Under the pieces are notes generated by a model that worked only from the letters and a program-made list of their open reading frames with translations, was not told the DNA's origin and searched no databases. From assembly GCA_031548115.1 (NCBI GenBank), contig JAVBRJ010000004.1, positions 8,181 through 72,180 on the forward strand: a stretch of 64,000 nt of DNA, read 5' to 3'. Below are positions 8,534 to 21,988 of the stretch, piece after piece; the first letter of the stretch is position 1; each line of letters begins with the position of its first letter. Source of the DNA: Eubacteriales bacterium. GTDB taxonomy: Bacteria; Bacillota; Clostridia; Christensenellales; Aristaeellaceae. Made by a program: the position numbers and the translations under genes.

Positions 8534-11500
8534 TTGTTACATCGTTCTATTTTCCGCAGCTGTGCGGCGTTTATTTCTCTGTGCCTATGTCTGGCGCTTA
8601 TTACGGGCATGGCCTTTTCAGCTGAACTGACGACTGCTGCGCCGGAGGCCTCTGTCGCTTTTCAAGCTTCGGATACCCCCGCGCCTTCGGATACCCCTGT
8701 GCCTGCAGCCGTGCCTGCAGCGGGCACCGCCGTTCCGCCTGTGCCGGATGTCCCTGCCTCAAATACCCCTACGACGGACACCCCCGTTCCGCCTGCGCCA
8801 GGCACTCCTGCCGCAGACACCCCCGCCCCGGATACTCCATCACCGGATACCCCATCACCAGACCCCGTCCCTTCCGAGGGCACGGCCCTGCCGCTCCAGG
8901 AAGAGACCTTTTCCCCTGAGCCGGTCCTGACCCCGACTCCCTCTGCGGCGACGCCCGCCGCGCCTGTGTGCGATATCCCGGATTGTCTGCATCTGGCCCT
9001 GGTTGAGGACGGCACTCAACAGGCCCTTTGCCCCCTGGGCGAATGGATGCTTTTGCAGGGCATGGGCCGGCCCGGTATGATGCTGATGGCCGCCACCAAT
9101 CCCTCGGTCATCGCCCTGCCCAACGGGCCTTATACCCTCTACCGCAGCGGCACCTACGAGCTTTCCGGCGGCGGCCCAAACTGCGTCCTAACATTGAACG
9201 CCAATATCGTAGTTTCCCTCAAATGCACTGATAATACCACGCTAAAGGCCCTTAAGGCCTCCGACCACACCGTGGCGGAGATCAGCCTGACCGGGCACAC
9301 GTCCATCGTCGCTATCGAGCGGGGCACAGACACCGCCCTGACCTTTATGGGCAACGGCAGTCTTACCGCAGGCAGCCTGAATGACACGCAAAATATTACC
9401 GTCACCGGAGGAAGCGTCCAGCTACCCGGCGGCTTCACCTCCAAAAACGGACTTAAAGCCTATGCCTTCCCAGCTGCGGGCACCTCCGCTGCTACTGTAA
9501 ACGGCGGGGCCTATCCTTATACCCGGCCCTGCCCGGATAAAAACGCCTATCTCTGGTTGCCCGCCCCTTCCCAGGGCCATAGCTATCAAAGCCTTATCAA
9601 AGGCGGCGTGCTGACGGTCTACACGGAAGAGCCCAAGCCCACGCCATCCCTTGATTACGACCTTTCCAGCGCCATACCGCCCTTTGCGCCGGACGCAGAC
9701 AAGGCATACCGCCTATATGCCAGCGGTGTGCCTGCCCCTCAGACCCTGGACATCGTCAATAGCGGCGTAGTGCTAAACCTGGATACCGATCTTGCGGCCC
9801 CCGGAGTCCGGCTAAAGCCTCAAAGCCCTGTTACGCTGTACCTGTCCGGGGCCAACGCCCTGGACGCGCTGGAGGCGGGCAGCCTTGTGACCCTGTCGGG
9901 CAGCGGCAGCCTAGCCCTTACGGACCTATCCACAAATGTGGCGATGGGAGACGGCGTGACGCTATCCTTCCTAAGCGGCACGGTTCCAGCGGGGCTGCAG
10001 GCCGTCCCCGTGGAAGGCGGCTCGCTGAGCATCAGCGTCCGGGCCACCTTTAACGAAAAGCCCATCGGCCTTTTGTACCAGGTGGGCCAGAAAACCACCG
10101 CCTACCTCCCCCTGCCGCAGCCCCAGGGCGTAAGCTACAAGGCTGTCCTTACCGGTACCACCCTTAAGGTCACGACGGTCCCCACAGGGGAGACCTCCTT
10201 TGTGCTGGGGAATGCCGACCTGCGCATAACCGCCAGCGGCACCTATCACATCACTTCCTCTGGCCATGTCAGCGGAAGCATCCTAGTGGACCCCAAGGTC
10301 AAAGCCACGCTTGTGCTCAGCGGCCTTTCCACCAGCGGCAGCCTGACCGTGGAAAATAGCGCCACCGTTACCCTGCTCCTAGAAAAGAGCAATATCCTGG
10401 GCAAGGTCCTGCTGGGCAAACTGTGCAACTTTTCTGTGGAGGGCAGCGGTGCGCTGTACACCTCGGCTATTGCCAAATCCGGCGATCACAATCTGACCAC
10501 CAGCTTGAGCACCACCACCAGCATAACCCTGGCCTCCGGCACTACTATCGCCGGGACCGGTGTTAAGCCCAGCATCATCCACATCACCGATGACAGCGGC
10601 GCCCCTATGAAATATACTCAGATCGTGCTAAAGCTGGGGCGGGAAAAGCCCTTCACCACGGTCACCGACTCCAAGGGCAATATTTGCCTGTGGCGCAGGC
10701 AGCTTATCAGCGGCGTGGACGCGGTGGTGCTCTCCCAGGCGGATACCTACGCCACCATTTTGGTAGGCGGCAGCGGGGACCCTGATGCCCTGCCCACCAT
10801 TACGGACGTAAAGCATAACGCCTACTCCGCGATCACCTATACCGTCACCGGCGCCCAGACCTCCGGCATCCAATATTATGTGAATCCTTCCAAGGAAACC
10901 ATGCCCGACACCTATCTGGCCAATGCGGGCCACCTGCTGATGCAGTCCGGGGAATGCAACATCCCGGGCCTGAAAAACGGCGACAGGGTGGTCTGCCGGG
11001 TCTTTGCCACGGCGCTGCCTGGGGCGGTATTATCCCCCGATACGGTGGATGCCTTCCAGTTCAGCGAGACCTATGTCTTTACCGCCAGTGGCATTCGGGT
11101 CCCCTTCACCTTGAAGGCCCAAAGCAAGGTGTACGACGGCCACGCCTTCGCCTTCGCCTCCAAGCTGATCCCCGGGGAGGCTACCGTCACCTGGTTCCAC
11201 AACGGCGCCCCGCTTTCCGGCGCGCCAAAGGACGTGGGCTCCTACATCGCCAAGGTCTCCATTCCCACAGGCCATAGCCAGTACCTGCCCGGGGTAACGG
11301 AGGTCCCCGTCTCTATTACCGGCTACGTAGTATGGATCTATCCCGATTTTAACAGCAAGATAGAGCGGCGACCGGAGCCTGCCCTGGGGTACAGCTATAG
11401 CGAGATGCCCTTTGGTGGGGAGATCGAAGGCCGTCTGACCCGGGAGCCAGGCGAAAAGGCAGGCAACTACCCCTATTCCATTGCCTCTCTGACCGCGCCC

Positions 11501-12589
11501 AGCTGCTACACCCTTAAGCTGGACCCGGACAGCCCCATGTTCTATATCTCCTACCGTCCTTCTCATTTCCTCCCCTATGATCCGCTCTCCCGCATAGACC
11601 CTGTTCATGAGCAGGTGATCTTCAGCGATGGCAAAAAGCTGGACATGATCCACGCCACCATGGAAAAGCTGAGCGTCAGCGGCAGCAATTACGGCGAAAT
11701 GATAACGGACACGGAGGATAGGCAGGTGCGGCCCTTCACCCCTTCCCTGCGCTTATATCCGGGGTATAACGCGGCGCTGCTGATCCTGGAGGCGGAACCG
11801 GAGCTGAACCGAGACGGGGGCTATGCCACTGACCTGGACGGCAACGTGCAGCTTCGCGGCCGCAGCCTCACCCTCACCTATGCCCACCTTACCATGCTGA
11901 AAAAGCAGCGCATTTCCCACATCGCTCTCCAATTAGGCGATACCACCTGCTTCCTGGAGGTACAAGAGCTGCAGGGAGAATATGTGGACACCCTGATGCA
12001 GGAAAACGATATGTCCCGCATCGGCACCCGCTTTGTGATAACGCTCGAGCCCGTTTCCGGCTCAAACCTACCGGAGGATGCCTTGACCCGCCTGCCCTTG
12101 GGGCAAGGGCTCATGCGCGTGCGCATCGAGGCCCACAACCGCGGCCAGCAGCTGGACCTCACCCCTGCCCTTTATACGGCACGGCTGCTTATGGGCGCAG
12201 GCACTGTGCTGGAGACCGCTTCTCAAACGGAGGACCCGGACATTCAGGAGACCGTCATCGGTCAAAGACCCGCCGCCCAGCCGGATGCCTCCGCCCAAGA
12301 GCAGGCCGCCCTTAAGCAGGCCGCCGCCACCCTCAGCGGCAGCATAGAGCCTACGGAGGCGCTGCTGGAGGAAGCCCGGCAGGCCGTGGAAAGCCGCATC
12401 GACGAGCTGGGCTATACCCTCATATATTTCGGCGATACCGCCTTCCCGCTTGACAGCACTTTGGTTGTGCCCTATACTGCTTCCGAGACCTCTTTGGCGC
12501 TGTATACCGCCATCCAGCGTACGCAGCCCTACCTTATGACACCCCTTGTCCGCGCTGGTCTGTACGGCCTTGGCGCGGCGCATCCCTAA
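8534..12589 (+). CDS. Large secreted or cell-surface protein (1351 aa) with a Pro/Thr-rich linker and adhesin-like beta repeats
   Basis: TTG start lies behind AAGGAGGGGA. A signal peptide (LCLCLALITGMAFSA) is followed by a PAP/TP-rich region, then long Ser/Thr/Gly-rich beta-type repeats. Two segments resemble MBG-type adhesin repeats (KVYDGHAF..., GNYPYSIASL...YTLKL). No LPXTG or C-terminal TM segment was seen. Confidence 0.75.
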   Translation: MLHRSIFRSCAAFISLCLCLALITGMAFSAELTTAAPEASVAFQASDTPAPSDTPVPAAVPAAGTAVPPVPDVPASNTPTTDTPVPPAPGTPAADTPAPDTPSPDTPSPDPVPSEGTALPLQEETFSPEPVLTPTPSAATPAAPVCDIPDCLHLALVEDGTQQALCPLGEWMLLQGMGRPGMMLMAATNPSVIALPNGPYTLYRSGTYELSGGGPNCVLTLNANIVVSLKCTDNTTLKALKASDHTVAEISLTGHTSIVAIERGTDTALTFMGNGSLTAGSLNDTQNITVTGGSVQLPGGFTSKNGLKAYAFPAAGTSAATVNGGAYPYTRPCPDKNAYLWLPAPSQGHSYQSLIKGGVLTVYTEEPKPTPSLDYDLSSAIPPFAPDADKAYRLYASGVPAPQTLDIVNSGVVLNLDTDLAAPGVRLKPQSPVTLYLSGANALDALEAGSLVTLSGSGSLALTDLSTNVAMGDGVTLSFLSGTVPAGLQAVPVEGGSLSISVRATFNEKPIGLLYQVGQKTTAYLPLPQPQGVSYKAVLTGTTLKVTTVPTGETSFVLGNADLRITASGTYHITSSGHVSGSILVDPKVKATLVLSGLSTSGSLTVENSATVTLLLEKSNILGKVLLGKLCNFSVEGSGALYTSAIAKSGDHNLTTSLSTTTSITLASGTTIAGTGVKPSIIHITDDSGAPMKYTQIVLKLGREKPFTTVTDSKGNICLWRRQLISGVDAVVLSQADTYATILVGGSGDPDALPTITDVKHNAYSAITYTVTGAQTSGIQYYVNPSKETMPDTYLANAGHLLMQSGECNIPGLKNGDRVVCRVFATALPGAVLSPDTVDAFQFSETYVFTASGIRVPFTLKAQSKVYDGHAFAFASKLIPGEATVTWFHNGAPLSGAPKDVGSYIAKVSIPTGHSQYLPGVTEVPVSITGYVVWIYPDFNSKIERRPEPALGYSYSEMPFGGEIEGRLTREPGEKAGNYPYSIASLTAPSCYTLKLDPDSPMFYISYRPSHFLPYDPLSRIDPVHEQVIFSDGKKLDMIHATMEKLSVSGSNYGEMITDTEDRQVRPFTPSLRLYPGYNAALLILEAEPELNRDGGYATDLDGNVQLRGRSLTLTYAHLTMLKKQRISHIALQLGDTTCFLEVQELQGEYVDTLMQENDMSRIGTRFVITLEPVSGSNLPEDALTRLPLGQGLMRVRIEAHNRGQQLDLTPALYTARLLMGAGTVLETASQTEDPDIQETVIGQRPAAQPDASAQEQAALKQAAATLSGSIEPTEALLEEARQAVESRIDELGYTLIYFGDTAFPLDSTLVVPYTASETSLALYTAIQRTQPYLMTPLVRAGLYGLGAAHP

Positions 12590-12629
12590 GCCACCCGCTT
12601 GACTCCCACTACTTAAGGAGGAACCCTAT

Positions 12630-13802
12630 ATGGCCCGTTTTGCGAAACGCTTTATGTCCCTGCTCCTATGTATCCTTTTGGTTTGCTCCGGCTCCCTCCT
12701 GGCTATGGCCAGCTCCCTGGACACCAACACCGATGAGGACCTGGCGGATTTCATCCCCGAGGACCTTTCCCCGGAGGAGTTGGCCCAATGGGAAGAATGG
12801 TCCGATGCAGAAGCGGCGGACACAAACGCCAACGCCGAGAACGCGGCGGAGCTGACCCCGGAAGAGGAAGCCCTTATGGCCGAGCTGGAATCCACCATGA
12901 GCGAGAACGCGCCTATGGACGATGTGGACATGTCCAACCTGGAGCCTAACGAGCAGCTTCCGGACAACGTGGTCAACATCCTGCTCCTGGGCGTGGATAA
13001 CCGTTCCACTCAGCTGGAGCGCGGCCTTTCGGACGCGGTCATCATCTGCTCCATCAACAAGGATACTGGCAGCATCAAGCTCACCTCCATCGCCCGGGAC
13101 ACCGCCGTTATCGTCCCCGGCTTTAAGTCTAAAAACCGCATCAACGTGGCCTATAAGCGTGGCGGCCCTGAGCTGGCCATGAAGACCGTCAACCGCAATT
13201 TTGACATGAACATCCAGCGCTATGTAGTGGTCAACATCCACGGCCTGGCCGACATTATTGATGCCCTGGGCGGCGTGGACATGGACATGACCAGCAAGGA
13301 AGCTGGCCGCATCAACTATGAGCTGCGCAAGGAGCCCATGGACAAGGTCAAGCGCGCCAAGGTGGAGGCCAAGAATGGCGTACAGCACCTGGACGGCATG
13401 CAGGCCGTTACCTTTGCCCGCATCCGCGGCATCGACAGCGACCTGGAGCGCACCGGCCGCCAGCGCAAGCTGCTGGAGACCCTGCTCAAGCAGGTTATGG
13501 CGGATATGAGCATCGACACCTTTATGAATCTTATCAAGACCGCCCTGCCCTATGGCCAGACCAACCTGACCCTGGCCGAAATGCTGGAGCTGGGCACCCT
13601 GGTGCTGGGCGGCGAGGCCATGCAAAACCTGCAAGGCGGCGGCAATGTCCTGGAGCAGCTGCGCATCCCTATGGACAAGAAATTTGGCTATAAGGAGTTC
13701 GGCGGTGCCAGCCTCATCTACCTCAGCGACAAAAACCTCAAGCTGAGCATTGAGGAGATCCACAATTTCATCTACGGCGCCACCTACCTGGAGGCAAAGT
13801 AA
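12630..13802 (+). CDS. LCP family (LytR-CpsA-Psr) cell-wall glycopolymer ligase
   Basis: An N-terminal TM segment and an acidic linker are followed by NILLLGVDNRS...LSDAVIICSINKDTGSIKLTSIARDT...INVAYKRGGPELAMKTVNRNFDMNIQRYVVVNIHGLADIIDALGGV. Confidence 0.9.
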   Translation: MARFAKRFMSLLLCILLVCSGSLLAMASSLDTNTDEDLADFIPEDLSPEELAQWEEWSDAEAADTNANAENAAELTPEEEALMAELESTMSENAPMDDVDMSNLEPNEQLPDNVVNILLLGVDNRSTQLERGLSDAVIICSINKDTGSIKLTSIARDTAVIVPGFKSKNRINVAYKRGGPELAMKTVNRNFDMNIQRYVVVNIHGLADIIDALGGVDMDMTSKEAGRINYELRKEPMDKVKRAKVEAKNGVQHLDGMQAVTFARIRGIDSDLERTGRQRKLLETLLKQVMADMSIDTFMNLIKTALPYGQTNLTLAEMLELGTLVLGGEAMQNLQGGGNVLEQLRIPMDKKFGYKEFGGASLIYLSDKNLKLSIEEIHNFIYGATYLEAK

Positions 13803-13914
13803 GCCCCCGGAAGCGCTAAGCGCACTGCCCAATGCGGTCTTTCAAGGGGCTGTGACGGGCGCAGGCGCGGCGGCAGCGCAAAACTATACAGCATAAAAGC
13901 TATGACTTCAATTT

Positions 13915-13949
13915 AAGGATGTCTCAAAATGATTTGGGACATCCTTTTT
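13915..13949 (+). terminator. Hairpin terminator candidate
   Basis: AAGGATGTC (13915-13923) pairs with GACATCCTT (13938-13946), followed by a T-run. Confidence 0.5.
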
Positions 13950-14024
13950 GATACCGTCCATATAAAGAGGCCGCCTCAAAAATTTATTTTGAGACGACCC
14001 TATCCCCTTTGCTATTCAGCCATG

Positions 14025-15647
14025 CTACTCCATCAAGCTTTTCAGCTTATACAAATACACATGCTCATACCAAAAGCCCTCCGGGGTATCCACTGTAGCC
14101 ACCAGCTGGTAGTTATCGGTGATGCTGTCCGGCTGCCTGCCCCGGGTCACCACATAGTCGCAGACCCCTTCCTCGATATAGCGTTTTTGCTCGTCCAGCA
14201 TCTCCTGCAGAGGCACGTTGGTCTGATGGAAATACTTCACATTAGGCACGATGCCTGCCGCCGTATAAAACCCTGCGTCCATAAAGCCGTAGTTGAGCAT
14301 CGTAGCGCCGGGGGTCTCCGCCATGACAGCCGCAAACTGATACTGCATGGTCTTTTCCTTTGGCTGCAAAAAGGCGTTGTTTTCGGTGGTATTCGGGCTC
14401 AAGGGCCAGCACAGCCCGATGGTGGCCACAGTCATGATCGCTATTGCCACCCCGCGTACAGCTCGGGCCGCGCTCAAGCCCAGCGCTTTTTTGGGGACCT
14501 GTACCTTGCCCATGTCCGCCGCCTTCCCGTCCACCCATCGGCCCAAGGGAATAAAGCCCAGGGCGGCAAAGGGAGCCAAAATAAGACCATAATAGAGATA
14601 GGCCTTCCCTGCGGCAAACACCGCCAGCCCGCCAAAACCCAGCATCATGAGCAGGCTCCAGCGTTCCCCTTTCCCCGCGCCCTTTCTAAAGACGCACCAC
14701 AGGAAGCCGCCTGTCAGCAGCAGCGTGTAGCGCAGGTTCCCGGCCCACCATTCCGCCCCCGCCTTTACCATCGCCTTGATCCGTCCCGCCAGGCCCAGGG
14801 CCTCTTCCCCGGCGGAATAGAGAAAAAGATTGTCGTACAGGTAGGTTTTCAGCCAAGGGAGCAGCGCGCCCTGACTTCCAAAATAGATCAGCCACGGCAC
14901 AGTAGCCGCCGCCACCCCGCCCCCGAACGACAGCAGGCTCATCCAGGCAGCCTTCCACTGCCGCCGGGCAGCCAAACTCAAAAACACCGCCAAAACCCAG
15001 CCTACATATAGCCCCAGCAGTGTAAACTTGATCCACAGCACACAGCCGCACATAAACCCATGGATCATCAAGGTCTTCGGCGGCATCGGCCTCAAAGGTG
15101 TACTATCGGATGGCGCAGCGCTACACGGCGCAGCCGCAAAGGATGCGCCCTTAAAATGCTTGAGCAACGCATACATCGACCCCATCAGCAGCGGCAGGCA
15201 CAGCTCCTCCGCACTGTCCCCCTGCTGAAAGCTCAGGGAGGTCAGCACCACCAGCGCCAGCACAGGCAGCATAAGCCACCGGCTGCCCTTCATATCGTAC
15301 AGACCCCAAAGCTGGTAAGCGGCCAGCAGAAACAGGGCAAAGGCCAATACCTCCAGGATAAACACCCCTAAAAAGGACAGGGGGCTCATAGCCGCGCACA
15401 AGGCATGCAGCGCATAGAGCAAAGGACCCTTGTGGTCGTATAGGTCCCGGTAGACCACCTGCCCCTGGAGCATACCCTTGCCAATGGAAAAGTATATATT
15501 TGCGTCCGACCAGTCGTTAAGCGGATACAGGGGCGAGGATTTGCTGCAAAACAGCAAACAACCCAGGGCGATGATCCCGCACAGGCCAAAGGCCGCCCAA
15601 AGGCTAGTCGCCCTCGCAGGCGCTGCGGACGTTTCTTTTTTATTCAT
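14025..15647 (-). CDS. Polytopic membrane glycosyltransferase, GT-C fold (family 39 / PMT_2-like), putative
   Basis: Start is taken at ATG 15647 behind GGAGGG; the ORF-track start is 15686. There are more than 10 predicted TM segments. The N-terminal loop YPLNDWSDANIYFSIGKGMLQGQVVYRDLYDHKGPLLY is typical of this family, and a soluble C-terminal domain follows. Confidence 0.65.
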   Translation of the reverse strand: MNKKETSAAPARATSLWAAFGLCGIIALGCLLFCSKSSPLYPLNDWSDANIYFSIGKGMLQGQVVYRDLYDHKGPLLYALHALCAAMSPLSFLGVFILEVLAFALFLLAAYQLWGLYDMKGSRWLMLPVLALVVLTSLSFQQGDSAEELCLPLLMGSMYALLKHFKGASFAAAPCSAAPSDSTPLRPMPPKTLMIHGFMCGCVLWIKFTLLGLYVGWVLAVFLSLAARRQWKAAWMSLLSFGGGVAAATVPWLIYFGSQGALLPWLKTYLYDNLFLYSAGEEALGLAGRIKAMVKAGAEWWAGNLRYTLLLTGGFLWCVFRKGAGKGERWSLLMMLGFGGLAVFAAGKAYLYYGLILAPFAALGFIPLGRWVDGKAADMGKVQVPKKALGLSAARAVRGVAIAIMTVATIGLCWPLSPNTTENNAFLQPKEKTMQYQFAAVMAETPGATMLNYGFMDAGFYTAAGIVPNVKYFHQTNVPLQEMLDEQKRYIEEGVCDYVVTRGRQPDSITDNYQLVATVDTPEGFWYEHVYLYKLKSLME

Positions 15648-15945
15648 TCCATTCCCTCCGCCTCTCGCTATCGTGCCTTCGTTCATCTGTCTCGATCCCC
15701 TATACGGTCTTTAGCATAGCACAATTCCCAAAACCCGACAAGTCGACTCGGTCTCTTTGCCTATAAAGCATATTTCGCTCACGTGGAATGCACTGGCTTT
15801 TTCCATTATCCCCGATATAATAAAATTATGGTTTGGCTATGGAGTGTCGTATATTGCTTTGTTCCTGCGGATACACTCCGTCGTTTCAATGCTATGTAAA
15901 AAACGGCATCTGCCTAACAACTTCCAAAAAGCAGGAGGTAATCTT

Positions 15946-16353
15946 ATGAAGAAAATGGTAGCCCTTGTATTGTCCCTTATGCTTATAATGTCCCTGTTCA
16001 TGTTCCCTGTACAAGCGATGGCGGGTACCTACACCGTGAACCTTCAGGTGCTCAGCTATCTCTACCTTGACGTTTTGGAGCTGTATCTTGCGCCTTCCAG
16101 CGGCGAAGGCTGGGGGGAGAACCGTCTCACTGGTCCTCTGCCTCATGCGCAGCTTTGCAACTTCTCCTTTAGCGCGGATGAAAGCGTCGGCAGCTTGTGG
16201 GATGTAAGGTTGGTAACCGACGGCGACAATGAATACTGCGCCTATCAGATTGACGTAAACCAGATCCATGCCATTACCTTTACCTTAAACATAGAGGCTG
16301 AATCTGAAGAGGATGCTTTATCTATTGATATGCAAGCGCAGCCTCTCATCTGA
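15946..16353 (+). CDS. Small secreted protein of unknown function (135 aa)
   Basis: ATG 15946 lies behind GCAGGAGG. The signal peptide is MKKMVALVLSLMLIMSLFMFPVQAMA. I recognise no family. Confidence 0.55.
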   Translation: MKKMVALVLSLMLIMSLFMFPVQAMAGTYTVNLQVLSYLYLDVLELYLAPSSGEGWGENRLTGPLPHAQLCNFSFSADESVGSLWDVRLVTDGDNEYCAYQIDVNQIHAITFTLNIEAESEEDALSIDMQAQPLI

Positions 16354-16486
16354 TCGCCCTTGGCTGATCAAAGGATCGAATGGCTCAAGGAAGGGTGCAA
16401 TGCCCTTCCTTTTTTGTGTGCCTTTTATTTCCTGACGTACTCCTCTTGCTATGCTTATCCTAATATATACTTATGCTTGTTCGCCT

Positions 16487-16927
16487 TTAGAGGGCCCTTT
16501 TGAGATACACCATATCCCTAAGCTGCACCCCGCCCTCAACGATGGGGTGATCATACTGTAAAAAGAAATCCGGCACCCGGTGGGAGATCACAAACCCACA
16601 CTTTTCATAGAAGGGCAGCGCCAGAGGGCTATCCCCAGTGCCTACCATCAGCGTATGCCCTCGGCCCTTTGCCCAGCCGCTCACATAGTCCAGCATGGCC
16701 CGGCCATAGCCCTTCCCCTGGGCCTCCGGCGTGGTGGCCAGGTTTTTCACCTCCAGCACGCCCTCCCCTTCGTCGGTGACCACGCATACCGTCTTAAGGT
16801 CACCGTCATGCAGCACGAACAGCTCCCCCCGCTCCAGGTATTTATCTATCATGGATTCCTGCTCGTCCGCCAGCAGGAGCAGCTCCAAATAGTCCTTTTT
16901 ATTTTCTTTTACAGTGCGAAAATCCAT
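16487..16927 (-). CDS. GNAT family N-acetyltransferase
   Basis: 146 aa with the acetyl-CoA motif LATTPEAQGKGYGRAMLDYV and FYEKCGF. Confidence 0.9.
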   Translation of the reverse strand: MDFRTVKENKKDYLELLLLADEQESMIDKYLERGELFVLHDGDLKTVCVVTDEGEGVLEVKNLATTPEAQGKGYGRAMLDYVSGWAKGRGHTLMVGTGDSPLALPFYEKCGFVISHRVPDFFLQYDHPIVEGGVQLRDMVYLKRAL

Positions 16928-16967
16928 AAGGCCCTCCTTGGGTTTTTATCAAGTATATCACAGATCG

Positions 16968-17020
16968 AAAAAAAGCGCCTCCCTTAGGAGACGCTCGTCT
17001 TTCGCGGGAGGCGCTTTTTA
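16968..17020 (-). terminator. Rho-independent terminator after lacZ
   Basis: GCGCCTCCC (16975-16983) pairs with GGGAGGCGC (17006-17014). T-runs lie on both strands, with 7 T on the minus strand. Confidence 0.7.
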
Positions 17021-17029
17021 TGGCTCTTC

Positions 17030-20104
<3,075 letters not shown>

Positions 20105-20125
20105 TCATTTCGTTTGTAATGCCAC

Positions 20126-20986
20126 TTATTTTACCGCACCAGCAATGCCCTCCGCAAAGCTCTTTTGCAATACGAAAAACACGATCACCGTGGGCAGCGT
20201 GCAGATGGTCACGCCCAGCATCAGCATACCATAGTCGGTCACATATCCGGCGATCAGGTTGGCTACCAGCATGGGCATGGTGATGGATTCGTTGGTCTGC
20301 ATAATGACCTTGGGCCACAGGTAGTTGTTCCAGGCGTTCATGAAGGTGATGGTGGCCGCAGCCGCATAGGTAGAGCGCATGGTGGGAATGAACATGCGGA
20401 AAAAAATCTGCAATTCGCCCAGGCCGTCGATCCGCGCCGCCTCGATGATATCATGGGGGAAGTTGCGGGAGGACTGCCGGAACATCATAATAAGGAACGG
20501 GGTAGAAATAGCCGGGAGCATAAAGCCCATGGCGCTGTTCAAAAGCTTCATCTGAGAGAACATTTGAAACAGGGGGATCATGGTGGCCGCAAAGGGTACC
20601 ATCATCGCCAGCAGCAGCAAGGACATCAGCCGGTCCTTATGCTTATCGTGGAAAATTTCGAAGCCATAGCCTGCGGTGGAGCAGACCAAAAGCGCCACAA
20701 TGGTTTGGGAAAGGGCGTACACGAAGGAGTTTTTCATCGCCGCCCACAGGGGCTGCTGGCTTAACAGCTTTTGATAGTTGGCAGCCAGGTTGCCGCCGGG
20801 CAGCAGCCAGCCGCTCAACACCTTCTGGCTGGTGTTGGTCGCACCGGAAAGCATATACCACATCGGGAAAACGGAAAGCAGCCCTACTACGATCAAAAAC
20901 AGGTACTTAAGCACTTCCCCCACCGTTACATGGTGCCGGTTCATGCGGGGCTTTACCTCTTTCTTATGCTCAATCACGCTTGTCAC
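20126..20986 (-). CDS. Carbohydrate ABC transporter permease
   Basis: 286 aa with 6 TM segments and the EAA loop IIEAARIDGLGELQIFFRMFIP. Confidence 0.9.
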   Translation of the reverse strand: MTSVIEHKKEVKPRMNRHHVTVGEVLKYLFLIVVGLLSVFPMWYMLSGATNTSQKVLSGWLLPGGNLAANYQKLLSQQPLWAAMKNSFVYALSQTIVALLVCSTAGYGFEIFHDKHKDRLMSLLLLAMMVPFAATMIPLFQMFSQMKLLNSAMGFMLPAISTPFLIMMFRQSSRNFPHDIIEAARIDGLGELQIFFRMFIPTMRSTYAAAATITFMNAWNNYLWPKVIMQTNESITMPMLVANLIAGYVTDYGMLMLGVTICTLPTVIVFFVLQKSFAEGIAGAVK

Positions 20987-21875
20987 CCACTTTCATTTGG
21001 ACAAAGGCCAAAATGCCCACCAAAATGAAGATAACGTAGCTCATGGCGGCGGCATACCCAAACTTGGGCACGCCCTCAAAGGCGGTCTTGAAGATATAAT
21101 GGGACATGGTAATGGTCGTATTGCTAGGCCCGCCGCTGGTAAGGTTTACAGACTCGTCAAAGAGCTGTAGCGTACCGTTGGTGGACATAATGGCGGTAAG
21201 CAAAATAATGGGCTTAAGCAGCGGGACCGTGATCTTGGTAAAGGTCTGCCGGGCGTTGGCCCCGTCGATGCGGGCTGCCTCGTAGATGGAATGGTCGATA
21301 TTTTGCAGCCCGGACAGGTAGAACACCATGTTATATCCCGTCCACCGCCAGATCAGCGCGATGATGATGACCATGCGGGCGGTACCCGTTGAGGTGAGCC
21401 AGTTGATGCCAGTGGCAATAAGGCCCGACTTGATAAGCATGGTATTGACAAAGCCTTCCAGGCTGAACAGCGCCCGGAACACGATGGCATAGCTGACCAG
21501 CGATGTGGCGCAGGGCAGGAAGATCAGCGTGCGGAACAGGCCGCGAAATTTAAGCTTCGGGTCGTTAAGGAGCTGCGCTAAAACCAATGCGCAAAACAGC
21601 ATGAGAGGTACCTGGCAGAGCAGATAGATGAAGTTGTTGGAGATGGCCTGGCCAAAGATCTTATCCTTGATAAGGTACTGGTAATTGCTGAACCCCGAAA
21701 AGGTAAGGCGGTTGCCTTGGCCGCTTTGCAGAGAAAGCACAAAGGCTTTGATCATCGGGTAAAAATTCATCCAAACGATCAGAAGGGTGGCAAGCGCCAA
21801 AAAAGCCCAGCCTGTTAAGCTTTGCCTCTGGGAACGGCTCAGGCCCTTCCGCTTTGGGGGCGTGATCGTGGTCAT
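20970..21875 (-). CDS. Carbohydrate ABC transporter permease
   Basis: Start ATG 21875 lies behind AAGGAGG; the ORF-track start is 21911. The EAA loop is YEAARIDGANARQTFTKITVP. Confidence 0.9.
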   Translation of the reverse strand: MTTITPPKRKGLSRSQRQSLTGWAFLALATLLIVWMNFYPMIKAFVLSLQSGQGNRLTFSGFSNYQYLIKDKIFGQAISNNFIYLLCQVPLMLFCALVLAQLLNDPKLKFRGLFRTLIFLPCATSLVSYAIVFRALFSLEGFVNTMLIKSGLIATGINWLTSTGTARMVIIIALIWRWTGYNMVFYLSGLQNIDHSIYEAARIDGANARQTFTKITVPLLKPIILLTAIMSTNGTLQLFDESVNLTSGGPSNTTITMSHYIFKTAFEGVPKFGYAAAMSYVIFILVGILAFVQMKVGDKRD

Positions 21876-21940
21876 ATAAGCTTCCTCCTTGAGGTGGGCA
21901 GGCGGCAGCACAGTCCGCTTTGCCGGTTTTGATAAAAGCT

Positions 21941-21971
21941 GGGGCTACCCTTAGCCTTTAAGGGTAGCCCC
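21941..21971 (-). other. Intra-operon stem-loop between the binding-protein and permease genes
   Basis: A 12-bp perfect stem GGGGCTACCCTT / AAGGGTAGCCCC. Such hairpins commonly follow ABC binding-protein genes and act as a stabiliser or partial terminator. Confidence 0.5.
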
Positions 21972-21988
21972 GATAGCTGCGCGATGGA

